Shown here one piece after another: positions 37,230 to 46,703 of a DNA stretch of 64,000 bases. A model generated the notes under the pieces. That model made no database searches and was not told where the DNA came from. It worked only from the letters and a program-made list of their open reading frames with translations. The position numbers were made by a program, and so were the translations under genes. The DNA comes from a virus (Duplodnaviria > Caudoviricetes), in the IMG/VR virus record IMGVR_UViG_3300025606_000003, positions 32,001 through 96,000 of that record; one strand, written 5' to 3'. How positions within the stretch are numbered: position 1 is the first letter of the stretch; the number at the start of each line of letters is the position of its first letter.

Positions 37230-37865
37230 TTAGCGGCAATATCGCAGGCGCTGCTCGCGCCAATATCTGGCCTGCGACGTGACCGGAATGTTGCTGTCGT
37301 CGTTGCCTTCTTGAAAACAGAGGGCGTATCGTAGCGGCATGCCCAGTGGCTGTCCATTGTGTTTGAGATAGTCGCGAGTCATCAGCACATCACAATGGTT
37401 GTAGCGCGAAATCGCGAGTAAATCCCGGCAGCCGGCTGCAGAAACCAGGTATCCGTGCGCGCCCCAGCCAGCTGAAACAATCCGCACGATGTACTTGGAA
37501 ACCGGCTCCGTGCGGGCGTGCGAACTGTGGAATTGCCAGAAGCGCCACGTTGCCGGTAACTCGGCGGCAGCGCGCGGAAAGATATCTTTGAAGTCAGATG
37601 TGAATACAACGTCATCCTCGAACACGGCAACCGTCTCGTACCCGCGCTCGAGACAGAGTTTCCAGCAATGTCGGTGGCTGTCCAAGGCGCCTGCGTGCTT
37701 GCCATCAATGCCGCCGACTGTTTTAGCCGCGTATGTAATCGCAGACACACGCTCAACTGGCCAGGCCAGCTGCTGAAACCGCGGCAGCACCGATTCCCAG
37801 CGGTCGGCGCGCCGATCCATGTTGACGCAGAGCGCTGGAATGCGCCGATAGTCTACGAGGGCCAT
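37230..37865 (-). CDS. Glycosyltransferase family 25
   Basis: CVNMDRRADRW, SHRHCW, VFEDD, AHGYLVS. Confidence 0.8.
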   Translation of the reverse strand: MALVDYRRIPALCVNMDRRADRWESVLPRFQQLAWPVERVSAITYAAKTVGGIDGKHAGALDSHRHCWKLCLERGYETVAVFEDDVVFTSDFKDIFPRAAAELPATWRFWQFHSSHARTEPVSKYIVRIVSAGWGAHGYLVSAAGCRDLLAISRYNHCDVLMTRDYLKHNGQPLGMPLRYALCFQEGNDDSNIPVTSQARYWREQRLRYCR

Positions 37866-37880
37866 GTTGCTGCCCCGCGA

Positions 37881-38282
37881 TCACAGATTCTTGGCAGCGA
37901 TCAAACAGTCACGCGCTACAGCACGCAGCCAAAACCATGTGCGGCGACAAAAAGAAGCTTTACCAGCAATCACGGCCGAGTAAGCATCGAACATGAGCCG
38001 CCGCCGGGCCTCGACCGAAACGGGATCTTGAAGGCGCGCCACTGCGCGCGCCGCGGACGCAAAAATGTACCGCGCAAACGTAGATTCAAAATCGCGCGCA
38101 GTAATAGTGCCGCCGGCATTGATGCCATCAAAAACGATAGGCACATTTTGAGGGTCAAAATCTTTTTGCCAACCCGCGCCGCGCGGCCAGTGCGTCGAGT
38201 CAGGCCGCCACTCAGCGCGCGAAACCAATCGGGGCGGGATAATCGCGGAGTCATCTCGCCAAAATTTGCTTTCTGTAATCAC
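37881..38282 (-). CDS. Hypothetical protein
   Basis: 133 aa, SD aaggag. Confidence 0.5.
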   Translation of the reverse strand: MITESKFWRDDSAIIPPRLVSRAEWRPDSTHWPRGAGWQKDFDPQNVPIVFDGINAGGTITARDFESTFARYIFASAARAVARLQDPVSVEARRRLMFDAYSAVIAGKASFCRRTWFWLRAVARDCLIAAKNL

Positions 38283-38285
38283 AGT

Positions 38286-38651
38286 TCAGCTCCTTGTTAC
38301 AGAATTTTCGTTGTCCGGTTTTTGTGCTGCTGCTTCTTCTTCGATCAAGCGCCGCAACACAACAACAGCCGCCTGCAAATCCACAGAAACACCGCTTTTG
38401 CCATCTTTGTCGCGTACTTGAATTGACGCGCCGCCGTCCGGTTGCGCAATAATTGCCCAGTTGTAAACGCCATTTTTACACTTGCGACTGCGCGCCGCAA
38501 CATACACTGAATCGTGTTCAAAGCCTACGGTTACGTTCTCAACGGCGTTATCAATGGTGTTATCAACGGCCGGATTGCTAATCCACAAAAACGCCCTGGC
38601 TTTGTCCACCATAGACGCCAACATTGAAAAATGAAACGGGGGCATATTCAT
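38286..38651 (-). CDS. Hypothetical protein
   Basis: 121 aa, SD aaggag. Confidence 0.55.
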   Translation of the reverse strand: MNMPPFHFSMLASMVDKARAFLWISNPAVDNTIDNAVENVTVGFEHDSVYVAARSRKCKNGVYNWAIIAQPDGGASIQVRDKDGKSGVSVDLQAAVVVLRRLIEEEAAAQKPDNENSVTRS

Positions 38652-38676
38652 TGTTTAGCTCCTTGTAGCTTTTTAG

Positions 38677-39708
38677 TTAAAGAATCTTTGCCGCAATCAG
38701 GCACCCGCGGGCAACCGCGTGCAGCGGATCCCGAGCGTGCCGCACTTCTTTGACGGGCAGCGGAAAACCGCTGGCCGCCAATTTCTTCTCAAATACCGGC
38801 ACAAAACCTTTGGCCTGGCTGGTGCCGCCCGCAATCACCACCGGCAGCGGCTGTTTGAACTTCGGCAGCAGCTTGTGCCCGGTCATGGCTGCGGCAAGCT
38901 GTTTGGTGGTGTAGTCAATCAGGCGCACGTAATAGCTTGAAACAGCCGCCAGAATATGATTCTCGTTTGGCTGGCCGATCGTGAATTCGCCTTGTTCTTT
39001 CTCGGCTTGAACTACCGAGTCAGCCTCGGTAGTTGCCACAGCTGTCATCCGGTCGATCCAGTCGCCGGACTTAGTCGTGCTGAACATCACGGTCGGCTCG
39101 CCGTTGAGCATTACGCAGCAATTCACCATGCCCGCCCCGCAAGACAGCGCTACGCCTGTGTAATCATCTTGCTCGAGTTCGGAGTAGCACAGCGCCTCAG
39201 CTTCGTTGATTGCGCGGGCTTCGTAGCCACATTCGGCCAAAATGCCCTTTACAACGTCTTCGTGATACCCCACGTCAAAGTCGTCGTCTTCCTGGTCAAC
39301 AGGCTGCGCTGGAATACAAAACACCAGCTTTTCGTTGGGCTGGCTGGCCTTGCCGCAGACCTGCTGCAGAATGAATGCCAGCACGCGCCGGGCGTCTTTT
39401 TCTTTCACAGACACAACGCCGCGGTGCATCGGCCGTTTCGCAGAGTCATTGCGCTCGATGGCTTTTTCGATGGCGTCTTTGCCCAACAGAATAAAGCTCC
39501 CGTCGGCATCTTTTACGAACACCCGCCCGGCCAGGCCCTTCTCGATCATCTTGGTAGCCACCGGCGTCGCGGGCTTGATCACGTAGAACGCGTCCCGAAA
39601 ATCCGTGTAGTCCACGTTGCCGACGCGCACCTGGCTGGTGGTAGTGTTCGCAGCCGCGTCCTGCGCAAGCACAATAAAACTGGTACCGACGTCGAGTCCC
39701 TTGGCCAT
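38677..39708 (-). CDS. Actin-like ATPase (MreB/MamK superfamily, Mad28-like)
   Basis: GLDVGTS (phosphate 1), INEAEA (connect 1), SCGAGMVN (phosphate 2), IAGGTS (adenosine), DPLHAVARG (connect 2). Confidence 0.85.
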   Translation of the reverse strand: MAKGLDVGTSFIVLAQDAAANTTTSQVRVGNVDYTDFRDAFYVIKPATPVATKMIEKGLAGRVFVKDADGSFILLGKDAIEKAIERNDSAKRPMHRGVVSVKEKDARRVLAFILQQVCGKASQPNEKLVFCIPAQPVDQEDDDFDVGYHEDVVKGILAECGYEARAINEAEALCYSELEQDDYTGVALSCGAGMVNCCVMLNGEPTVMFSTTKSGDWIDRMTAVATTEADSVVQAEKEQGEFTIGQPNENHILAAVSSYYVRLIDYTTKQLAAAMTGHKLLPKFKQPLPVVIAGGTSQAKGFVPVFEKKLAASGFPLPVKEVRHARDPLHAVARGCLIAAKIL

Positions 39709-39711
39709 TTG

Positions 39712-40044
39712 TCAGCTCCTTTTGAGTTGGGCCAACCTGTTGGCGGCCGAATCAATATCATCCTGCACGGTTTGTTTTTCGCCCAGCGCCACGGTCACTG
39801 GTTTTTCGAGGCCGGCTGTATTAACGTCTGTCACGAATTTCCGGTCGTCGATTGTGATCGGCTGCGGCTCGGCTGAACCTTTGACAAGCCACCGGCGCGG
39901 CTTTTCAATGGCGCCGGGCCTGGCCGGGCCGGAGCCTGCCGGTCCGTTTTCCAGGCGGCGCAGTTTCTCGTGCAGAGAATCAACCCGGCCGAGCAGATAG
40001 CCCAGCAGAAACGCGCCCGCCGCCAGTAAGCACCACTGCGTCAT
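39712..40044 (-). CDS. Membrane-anchored protein upstream of the actin gene
   Basis: N-terminal TM (LLAAGAFLLGYLLG); C-terminal helix; ends 3 nt before the actin start, with SD aaggag inside. Confidence 0.6.
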   Translation of the reverse strand: MTQWCLLAAGAFLLGYLLGRVDSLHEKLRRLENGPAGSGPARPGAIEKPRRWLVKGSAEPQPITIDDRKFVTDVNTAGLEKPVTVALGEKQTVQDDIDSAANRLAQLKRS

Positions 40045-40159
40045 GATGTGCGCCCGTTTTTGCCAGTCGGTCATTGATATCTATCCGACGCCAACGGCCG
40101 CCAGATCTACAGCGGTTTTAGCAAAAACAGGTAACGTCTCACAAACTGCGGGAGCATCA

Positions 40160-40417
40160 TTAATTGCCCATGTACCGCACGGCGATGTAGGTGCCGAGAA
40201 ATGCGCCGGCCGCCAGCGGAATCAAATACCACGGGTTGTGAAGGTAGCTCATCGTGCCGTAGGCGCCAAGACTGTACAGCACCGAGCTAATAGCGCTGGC
40301 GGCAAACGCCTGCTTGCGACTGACGCAGAGCACGTACAGCGCATACAACACATCAAAAAACACGTAGACCACAAAAACAAGCAGCGCTGTCAACCAGTTG
40401 AAGTCATTCATGATCAA
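40160..40417 (-). CDS. Small three-TM membrane protein
   Basis: 85 aa hydrophobic; GAFLGTY. Confidence 0.65.
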   Translation of the reverse strand: MIMNDFNWLTALLVFVVYVFFDVLYALYVLCVSRKQAFAASAISSVLYSLGAYGTMSYLHNPWYLIPLAAGAFLGTYIAVRYMGN

Positions 40418-41421
40418 AACTTTGGCTCGTATTCCAAGTGGTCCATGTACCGCTCAATTTGCCGGGCCACGTCATCGACAGTGATCATGCTCATGCAGTA
40501 CGCGATCGCCTGACCGTCTTCCATAAATGTCGGCAGCTCGCACAGGCTGTTGTTTTTTGCGTCGTTGTCAGCAAGCGGGATCACACGGCTTTTCCAACAA
40601 CCGCCCTGTTGGCAACACTTGAGCATGCCGCCAGTGTGCAGAAACTGGTGATCTGGGCCCTGCTCCCAGTGCGATGGCTCGCGGCCGCCCGCGAGCGTAA
40701 TGTTCGCCCGGCTCTTACGGCCAAATCTTGGATGCGCGGGCACGGCGTAGGCCAGGTGCATTGGAAAACTCACGCCGGAGATCACGCCAAACGAGTTGTA
40801 AACCAGGCGGATCATCTGCCGGATATCAGTGCGGCCCACAAAGTTCAGCACATTGTCGCCATGGAGCAGCGGGTGCGTGTGCTCCTTGGCGCCGACTTGG
40901 ACGAACCAAACATTGGGAAACCGCGAGACTAGCTCCTGATAGCGCGTGAAGCTCCAGGCTTTGGCGGTGTAGTCACTCTTGTGCCCGGCGTTGAGAATCC
41001 AGTACGGCACGTCTTTGCCGATCATTTCGTGCACGCCGGAAAACCACGCATGCTCTTCGGGCAGAATCTTGATCGCCCCGGCAAACTTGGCGGCTTTGAT
41101 AGCCACGCCCAGCTTTTCACCGAGATACTCGTTGAAGCTTTCGATGAAGCGCACCGGGTGCGAGTTTGAGCGATGAATGCTGGGATACTCTGCCTGAATG
41201 ACCGTGACGTCCGGGTCAGATTTGTCTAGCCGCGTGATGAGCGGGTTGCCGTGAAAGATCTCTTTGGCCGGGCAGTCCACGTCGGTAATGAACTTGCCCG
41301 GATGACTTTCGTGCAGGCTGGTCACAGCGTAGAGCAACATCACGATGTCGCCCGGGCTTTGCCAGTTCCGGAAGATAATCTTGCGCGGCACGGCGGCAGT
41401 AATCGACATAAAATGGTTCAA
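40414..41421 (-). CDS. GT9-like (heptosyltransferase-like) glycosyltransferase
   Basis: SPGDIVML, KAWS, FVQVG, NFVGRTDIRQ, SFPMHLA. Confidence 0.75.
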   Translation of the reverse strand: MNHFMSITAAVPRKIIFRNWQSPGDIVMLLYAVTSLHESHPGKFITDVDCPAKEIFHGNPLITRLDKSDPDVTVIQAEYPSIHRSNSHPVRFIESFNEYLGEKLGVAIKAAKFAGAIKILPEEHAWFSGVHEMIGKDVPYWILNAGHKSDYTAKAWSFTRYQELVSRFPNVWFVQVGAKEHTHPLLHGDNVLNFVGRTDIRQMIRLVYNSFGVISGVSFPMHLAYAVPAHPRFGRKSRANITLAGGREPSHWEQGPDHQFLHTGGMLKCCQQGGCWKSRVIPLADNDAKNNSLCELPTFMEDGQAIAYCMSMITVDDVARQIERYMDHLEYEPKF

Positions 41422-43343
41422 CCGTTGGCGGCCAGATATTCACGCATCTGCTGCAGCTTGTCGCCGCGGCCGGTGAAATGCACAAAGCGCGGCGGCGAGT
41501 CGAGGCCGACGGCAGCGTGGGAAAAATAGGTCGGCAGATAATTCCAAGTCAGCGGTAACAATTGCGTGCGTGTCGCCAGCTGCGTAACCGTTGTTTGCCT
41601 GACCGGCTCGACGGTGGTGGGCGGGTATCCAAGCTCCACCATCAGCGCCGCCTGCTCCCACCACGGGTGATCAATAAACTCGCGGGCGATCCAGATTTTT
41701 TCCAGCACTGGCAGCAATGCGCGAGTTAGGATCCACACGCCACAATTTGGCACGGGGCCAATATCAATGTCGTGCCGCGTCATGGCTTGCCAACTAGAAC
41801 CGTCAAACTCAGCGAAAATGTCTTTGTCGTCGCGCATGATCAGCACGTCAGCATCGAGCCACAACACGCGCGCGTACTGCTGCAGCGCCTGAAACAGCGC
41901 TGGAATCTTGTACCACGCCGGCGGTCGAGAGCCTACGAGATCGCAGGTCGCAAAATCGTAGCCGTATTTGCGCGCGTACGCGCGCATACGGGGCAATATT
42001 TCTTCGCTCATATTTGTAAAGGCGGGCCCGAAGTATCCGGTGAGCACCAAAGTATCCGACGCTTTGTTCTCACCTGCCGGCGCAGGCAGCACGTTGTGCA
42101 ATCGCGGCTTTCGTAACTCGACCATTTCGGTTTCAAGCTCTGCGGCCTTGTTCGCCGGCAGCATCACGATCGGCATTTTTTCATACATCATCCACTGGCC
42201 GTGCAGCATGCCGTTTTTGTAGGCCAGATCGGCCAAAATCGCGCCGTTGTGCCAGAACGCCACGCGCGGATCAGACTCGGTGCCAATCATCGACCACGTG
42301 TGCTCGACGGCTTTTTCACCGGCAGCAATCCGGCCGTGCTCCAACATCTCAATCCGCCGAAAATCGTGGCCGACGCGACAATACTGGTAATACCGCTGCG
42401 CCACGATTTGATTGGCGATTTCTTGGAATTTCAAGTTTGGCGCAGTCTTGGGCGCTTTTGACCAGATCGAGCGCAAATCCTCGAGATAGACCAGGCACTC
42501 GTTTTCCAGCTCGAAGCCGGGAATATGCTCATTGTGGCCCTGCAGCTGCCACTTACGAAGATTCCGGTGCTGGAACACCCGGCTGCCGTCGAAGTCGTGC
42601 TGACACATGGTTCCCGTGAGTGCATGAATACCCCGCCGCGGCATCGAGTATTCCTGCCCCAGCTTGCGCCACGCCATGTGAAACGTTTCTTTATCGCCGT
42701 GAATGTGCCGGTAGTAAAAACTGCTCCACTCGTTGAAGTGCATCGCGACGTTGAGCGCCTTCCAGCAGCGCCGCTTGTCAACTATGATCTGCCCGGATTC
42801 AAACTCGGGCTCGTCGCGATACGGCACGTTCACAATGCGCCAAATAGCCCGGTCAGCGGCAAGCCGGCCGTAGTCAGGCCAGAAAATCGCGCCGGTGTTT
42901 TGATACTCCTGAGTATCAAACAAGTATTCCGGGTTCCGCACCGCTACGTTGTCGGCGTCCAGAAAGAGCACTTCCTCGAACGGGCAGTGCAGCAGCGCAA
43001 ACGACTTGAGCTCCCAGCCGTGGAGCGTGCGCACCGGATATTGCTTCCGAACTTCATAGCCGTCGACGCATTCCACGTTGTACGGCTTTACAATAGCGCG
43101 CATTTCATCGTCGATCTCGTCGGGGCCGAGATGCCAGAATTGCGCCGGCAAATTGCAGCCGTGCCGACGCAGCATCCGAATCGCCACGTATGCGTTCGTG
43201 AAATACCGCGGACCGCCCGCGCAAATCACAATGCCGCGCCCAGCAAACCGGTCCTGGGGATACTCCTGCGGCGTCGCGACGTACGCCTCGAGCAGCTGCG
43301 TGTAGTCTGCGTCACTTCTGGGCGTGGGTTGTTCAGCTGTCAT
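41418..43343 (-). CDS. Fusion of GT71 (MNN1/MNN2-type) and GT34 (MNN10-type) glycosyltransferase domains
   Basis: Start ATG 43343. N-domain: RGIVICAGG, PFEEVLFLDADN, GAIFWPD, ESGQIIVDK, GDKETF. C-domain: PAWYKI, LWLDAD, NCGVW, WEQAAL. Confidence 0.8.
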   Translation of the reverse strand: MTAEQPTPRSDADYTQLLEAYVATPQEYPQDRFAGRGIVICAGGPRYFTNAYVAIRMLRRHGCNLPAQFWHLGPDEIDDEMRAIVKPYNVECVDGYEVRKQYPVRTLHGWELKSFALLHCPFEEVLFLDADNVAVRNPEYLFDTQEYQNTGAIFWPDYGRLAADRAIWRIVNVPYRDEPEFESGQIIVDKRRCWKALNVAMHFNEWSSFYYRHIHGDKETFHMAWRKLGQEYSMPRRGIHALTGTMCQHDFDGSRVFQHRNLRKWQLQGHNEHIPGFELENECLVYLEDLRSIWSKAPKTAPNLKFQEIANQIVAQRYYQYCRVGHDFRRIEMLEHGRIAAGEKAVEHTWSMIGTESDPRVAFWHNGAILADLAYKNGMLHGQWMMYEKMPIVMLPANKAAELETEMVELRKPRLHNVLPAPAGENKASDTLVLTGYFGPAFTNMSEEILPRMRAYARKYGYDFATCDLVGSRPPAWYKIPALFQALQQYARVLWLDADVLIMRDDKDIFAEFDGSSWQAMTRHDIDIGPVPNCGVWILTRALLPVLEKIWIAREFIDHPWWEQAALMVELGYPPTTVEPVRQTTVTQLATRTQLLPLTWNYLPTYFSHAAVGLDSPPRFVHFTGRGDKLQQMREYLAANG

Positions 43344-43365
43344 GGCTTTCACTGCGGGTGCGGCG

Positions 43366-43884
43366 TTAGTTCTTCCAAAAAAAGCCCACGCCACGGCCGA
43401 GAATGTCGTACGTGACGCTGTAGATCGGCGTGCCAAGGTGCTGCAAAAAGCGCGGAATGTCGAATTCGTTGACGTCGTGCACGATGAGCAGGCCGTCGTC
43501 ATCGAGCTTTTCGCGCCAGTACCGGATCAATTCTGGTACGACTGTCTCGCCGTGAAAAGAGTCGTGAAACACCACTGCGTAACGCCGCGGCAGCTGCAGC
43601 TCCGCCTCGCCTGTAATCAGCGCAAACTCTGCGTCCGGAGCCGCGGCCTGCCGGCGGGGCAGCGAGCCGGGATCTGGATCGCACGATTTCACGCACAGGC
43701 CAGCGCGGCTCAACGCCGCCGTGCCGTGCCCCCAGAACGACCCCACTTCAACTGCTGCGCGGCCGGCGTACGGTTTGACTGTCTGGTAAATCTGCAGAAT
43801 GTGATTTACGTCTGTGACAAACTCGTGCGAGTAGTTCATCGCCCGCAAGGCCGCGATGTTCGCGTGATCTTTGAAATTCGCCAT
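43366..43884 (-). CDS. Class I SAM-dependent methyltransferase (Methyltransf_24-like)
   Basis: VEVGSFWG, FHDSFH, GLLIVHD. Confidence 0.75.
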   Translation of the reverse strand: MANFKDHANIAALRAMNYSHEFVTDVNHILQIYQTVKPYAGRAAVEVGSFWGHGTAALSRAGLCVKSCDPDPGSLPRRQAAAPDAEFALITGEAELQLPRRYAVVFHDSFHGETVVPELIRYWREKLDDDGLLIVHDVNEFDIPRFLQHLGTPIYSVTYDILGRGVGFFWKN

Positions 43885-43912
43885 GGTCGCGCTGGAATCT
43901 CTCGAGACTTGT

Positions 43913-44350
43913 TTACAGGCCCGCCAAAAGCTGGCGAATCCGCTCGCCGTCTTCGTAGCTGTCTTGGAGCTGGGCTTCGTAGAACACTTTCATGTACGCT
44001 GCCGCACTGCGATCACTGTTGGCGTATTCGTCAAGCCACTCCAGCCGCGCGGCGTAATTCTCAACGACCTCGCCCTCGATAGCCGCCGCATACCGCAGAA
44101 TGTCTTCTACATTCTCGAGCCGCTTGAACTCGTTGGCGCCTGGCCAGACGATTCCGCCCAGGCCGTAAATACGGTCCTGGAATGCCAACACATGCTCGAG
44201 CTCGCCCTTGGCCGCCTCGTGCAGAAACTCCCTATACTCGGCGGCGTGCAGCCCGGTTACGGCGCTGGCGTGGTACAGATAAAAATCCAGGTGCATGCGC
44301 TCGTTGCGCAGGTCAGAGTTCAACAAAGATATCAATTCGTCTCGAGTCAT
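43913..44350 (-). CDS. Ferritin-like diiron protein
   Basis: 145 aa; E...Y..H, E..ELEH, IEGEVVENY four-helix-bundle pattern. Confidence 0.7.
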   Translation of the reverse strand: MTRDELISLLNSDLRNERMHLDFYLYHASAVTGLHAAEYREFLHEAAKGELEHVLAFQDRIYGLGGIVWPGANEFKRLENVEDILRYAAAIEGEVVENYAARLEWLDEYANSDRSAAAYMKVFYEAQLQDSYEDGERIRQLLAGL

Positions 44351-44829
44351 GCGGGCAGCTCCTGTAGAGTAACCGGAACATTCGGTGTCATCAATACGTG
44401 CCAGGCGTTTTCGTAGGGCGCGAGCTGGGAGTAGTACAGCCAGTCTTTGGTGAAATCAATTTCGCTAGCCGGCACAATAAAGATCTTGTCGTGTTTCATC
44501 GTGACGCAAATCATAACGTCAATCATATTGGCTGTGTATTGTTTGTCGCGGTTTTCGCGCACGTTCTGGCCCGAAAATTTAGTCTTCCTGCGGCGCATGT
44601 TAAACCGGATTTGCGGCAGCGCCTGGCGGGCTGCAGTGCCGTCCAACATGGCTTTCACCTGGCAGCGCTTGAGTACGCCGCCTGCATCTGTGACAAGGTC
44701 ATAGCCGGTATCTACCGTTGGGTGGGCTGTCGCGATGCCGACTTTGAATAGCGACATCGCCGCGTAATGCGTTCCCGCCTGGCCCACCATCTGCGCTGTA
44801 CGCTGCGGAAGCCTGAAATTAGCATCCAT
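44347..44829 (-). CDS. PD-(D/E)XK endonuclease (homing-like)
   Basis: Start ATG 44829; GYDLV...RCQVKA; Y...IDV; YENAW C-terminus. Confidence 0.65.
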   Translation of the reverse strand: MDANFRLPQRTAQMVGQAGTHYAAMSLFKVGIATAHPTVDTGYDLVTDAGGVLKRCQVKAMLDGTAARQALPQIRFNMRRRKTKFSGQNVRENRDKQYTANMIDVMICVTMKHDKIFIVPASEIDFTKDWLYYSQLAPYENAWHVLMTPNVPVTLQELPA

Positions 44830-44969
44830 GCTTTTAATTCCAGAAGAACAGTAACAGGCTATAAAACGGGCTGGGCGCTGGCAGCAGAACCGCTCGTGTT
44901 CTGTTTGTGCTCGTGTTGCGTAGGGGCGAAGGAGGCGCTCGGATGGCATTGAAAACCCGGCAACCAGCG

Positions 44970-45149
44970 TTAAGCGCGGAAAGATATCTTTCCGCAGCAT
45001 CCCGGCACCTCGGCTGTCCGATGAGGTGCAATCGCGACCCGGTTCGAGAAGTCGCGCACGCAGGTGATTTTCTTACGTTCGCGCAGCGGCTGGTAGCTGG
45101 ACGCTAGCCGCGGCAAACAGCAAGCCGCCTCCCTGCGACTCTCCCGCAT
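44970..45149 (-). CDS. Possible small ORF (59 aa)
   Basis: SD aaggag before the ATG, downstream of a sigma70-like promoter; composition not diagnostic. Confidence 0.3.
   Translation of the reverse strand: MRESRREAACCLPRLASSYQPLRERKKITCVRDFSNRVAIAPHRTAEVPGCCGKISFRA
44976..44995. repeat. Perfect 20-bp palindrome GCGGAAAGATATCTTTCCGC
   Basis: Self-complementary; longest perfect member of the WWGATATCWW family seen. Confidence 0.9.
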
Positions 45150-45199
45150 GTGCGCTCCTTGTGCGACGCGAACCGGACACAAGTTGTTACCGAAACACG

Positions 45200-45227
45200 A
45201 GTGTAGCCAGCCGGGCTATACCGTCAA
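45200..45227 (-). promoter_or_regulatory. Sigma70-like promoter TTGACG-N16-TACACT
   Basis: Intergenic after phoH, near-consensus boxes. Confidence 0.45.
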
Positions 45228-45242
45228 GGCGCGCTGCAGCGG

Positions 45243-45959
45243 TTACAGCCGGTCCAACATCGTGGCGACAACCGGGTGGCGCACGACGTCTTGCGTGTGA
45301 AACTCTACGCTGGCAATGTCTGGCGCTCCCTGCAGACGCCGGATCACTTCAACCAGCGCCGGCGGCGAGATAGGCAGGTCGGACTGCTTGGGGTCACCCG
45401 TCACGATCATGCGGCTGCCCTCGCCAAACCGGGTTAAGAAAAGCTTCAGCTGGGCTGTCGTGGCGTTCTGAGCCTCGTCAAACACGCAGATCGAGTTCGT
45501 GAACGTACGGCCGCGCATGTAGCACAGCGGCGCCAGGACGATGCTCTTGTTAATCAGCTCGCGCCGGCCGGATTGCTTGCCGACCAGCACGTCCATGGCG
45601 TCGTACAGCGGCTGCATGTACGGGTTCACCTTGTCACCAAATGTGCCAGGCAGAAATCCAAGCTTCTCGCCGGCTTCAACAATCGGCCGGGTCAGCACGA
45701 TTTTTTCGGCCTGGCGGTTCAGCACAGCCTGAATCGCGTAGGCCATCGCCAGGAATGTTTTTCCTGAGCCTGCGGCGCCCAGCAGAAACGTGACAAGGTT
45801 CTCGTTCAGCGTGCGCCAGGCGAGCTTTTGAGACTCGTTCTTGAGCTCGATGACGAGCGGCTGGCGGGCCTGCTGGTCCCGATCGGCGGCGCGTGCCTGT
45901 CGGCGGGCAGCTTTTTCAGAAGACTTCTTGGGAACAGACCGCGGTAATTTCTTGCTCAT
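45243..45959 (-). CDS. phoH: PhoH-family ATPase
   Basis: GAAGSGKT, LTRP.VEAGEKLGFLPG, YMRGRT, DEAQN, TGDPKQSD. Confidence 0.95.
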   Translation of the reverse strand: MSKKLPRSVPKKSSEKAARRQARAADRDQQARQPLVIELKNESQKLAWRTLNENLVTFLLGAAGSGKTFLAMAYAIQAVLNRQAEKIVLTRPIVEAGEKLGFLPGTFGDKVNPYMQPLYDAMDVLVGKQSGRRELINKSIVLAPLCYMRGRTFTNSICVFDEAQNATTAQLKLFLTRFGEGSRMIVTGDPKQSDLPISPPALVEVIRRLQGAPDIASVEFHTQDVVRHPVVATMLDRL

Positions 45960-45991
45960 GCGGCGCGGAATCCTTTCCAGGCGAACAGCGT

Positions 45992-46630
45992 TTACTTCAG
46001 CTTGATGAGCAAACCGCAGTCGATGTAGTCAATCCGTTGCCACCATTCGTAGTCAGCCTGCTTTCCGGCCTCTCCGACGGCGTGAGCGACCTCAGCTGAA
46101 TTGTAATCGTCGACCCAGATGTACTGCGGTTTTGCGGTCAACGCTAGCAGGCAGTCTTCATACGCGTTTGTAAAGTCATGTGCGGCGTCGACGACAACAA
46201 AATCAGCGGCCGGCAGCGTTTTCAATTGTCGAAGATCGGTTTGAAAAAGCTCAAACGTGGCGCCGATATCCTGTAGCAGCGCGTGCGCAACTTTCAGCGG
46301 CTGCCACGGCTCGCCGTCGTATTGCGAAATATTTCCGCTTCCAAACACGTCATACCCGCTGTACCGGGCAGCCGGCGCGCCGTGCAGATACGCGTGCGCA
46401 CCAGACGCTGCGTGCGTGCCGAGCTCTAGCACGTGCTCGGGTTGCAGCACGCGAGTCACAGCCGCAAAAATCCGGTACTTGTGCTGAAAATCTTCTCGGC
46501 GCGGCGCGTAGTAGCTCGGCCCGTCGTACTGCGTGAACACGCTGTACTGATGGTGCGGCTGGTATGTGCTGGTTTGCAGCGCCGCGGCAAACCGCGCGTT
46601 GAACTCAGCCTGCGACAAAATTGTGGCCAT
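45992..46630 (-). CDS. Class I SAM-dependent methyltransferase
   Basis: VLELGTHAA, DFVVVDAAH, IWVDDY. Confidence 0.75.
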   Translation of the reverse strand: MATILSQAEFNARFAAALQTSTYQPHHQYSVFTQYDGPSYYAPRREDFQHKYRIFAAVTRVLQPEHVLELGTHAASGAHAYLHGAPAARYSGYDVFGSGNISQYDGEPWQPLKVAHALLQDIGATFELFQTDLRQLKTLPAADFVVVDAAHDFTNAYEDCLLALTAKPQYIWVDDYNSAEVAHAVGEAGKQADYEWWQRIDYIDCGLLIKLK

Positions 46631-46703
46631 GATTTTTCCCAGCTAGCAGTGCAGCACAGCAATCCGAAGCCAAAGATATCAATGTGCGTGGTGCGTGCGC
46701 CGC

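Noticed and set aside
40060-40074. 15-nt identity (ttgccagtcggtcat, MTDWQ) with 62779-62793
   Set aside because: No similarity beyond it, and 40074 is probably not the real start; treated as chance.
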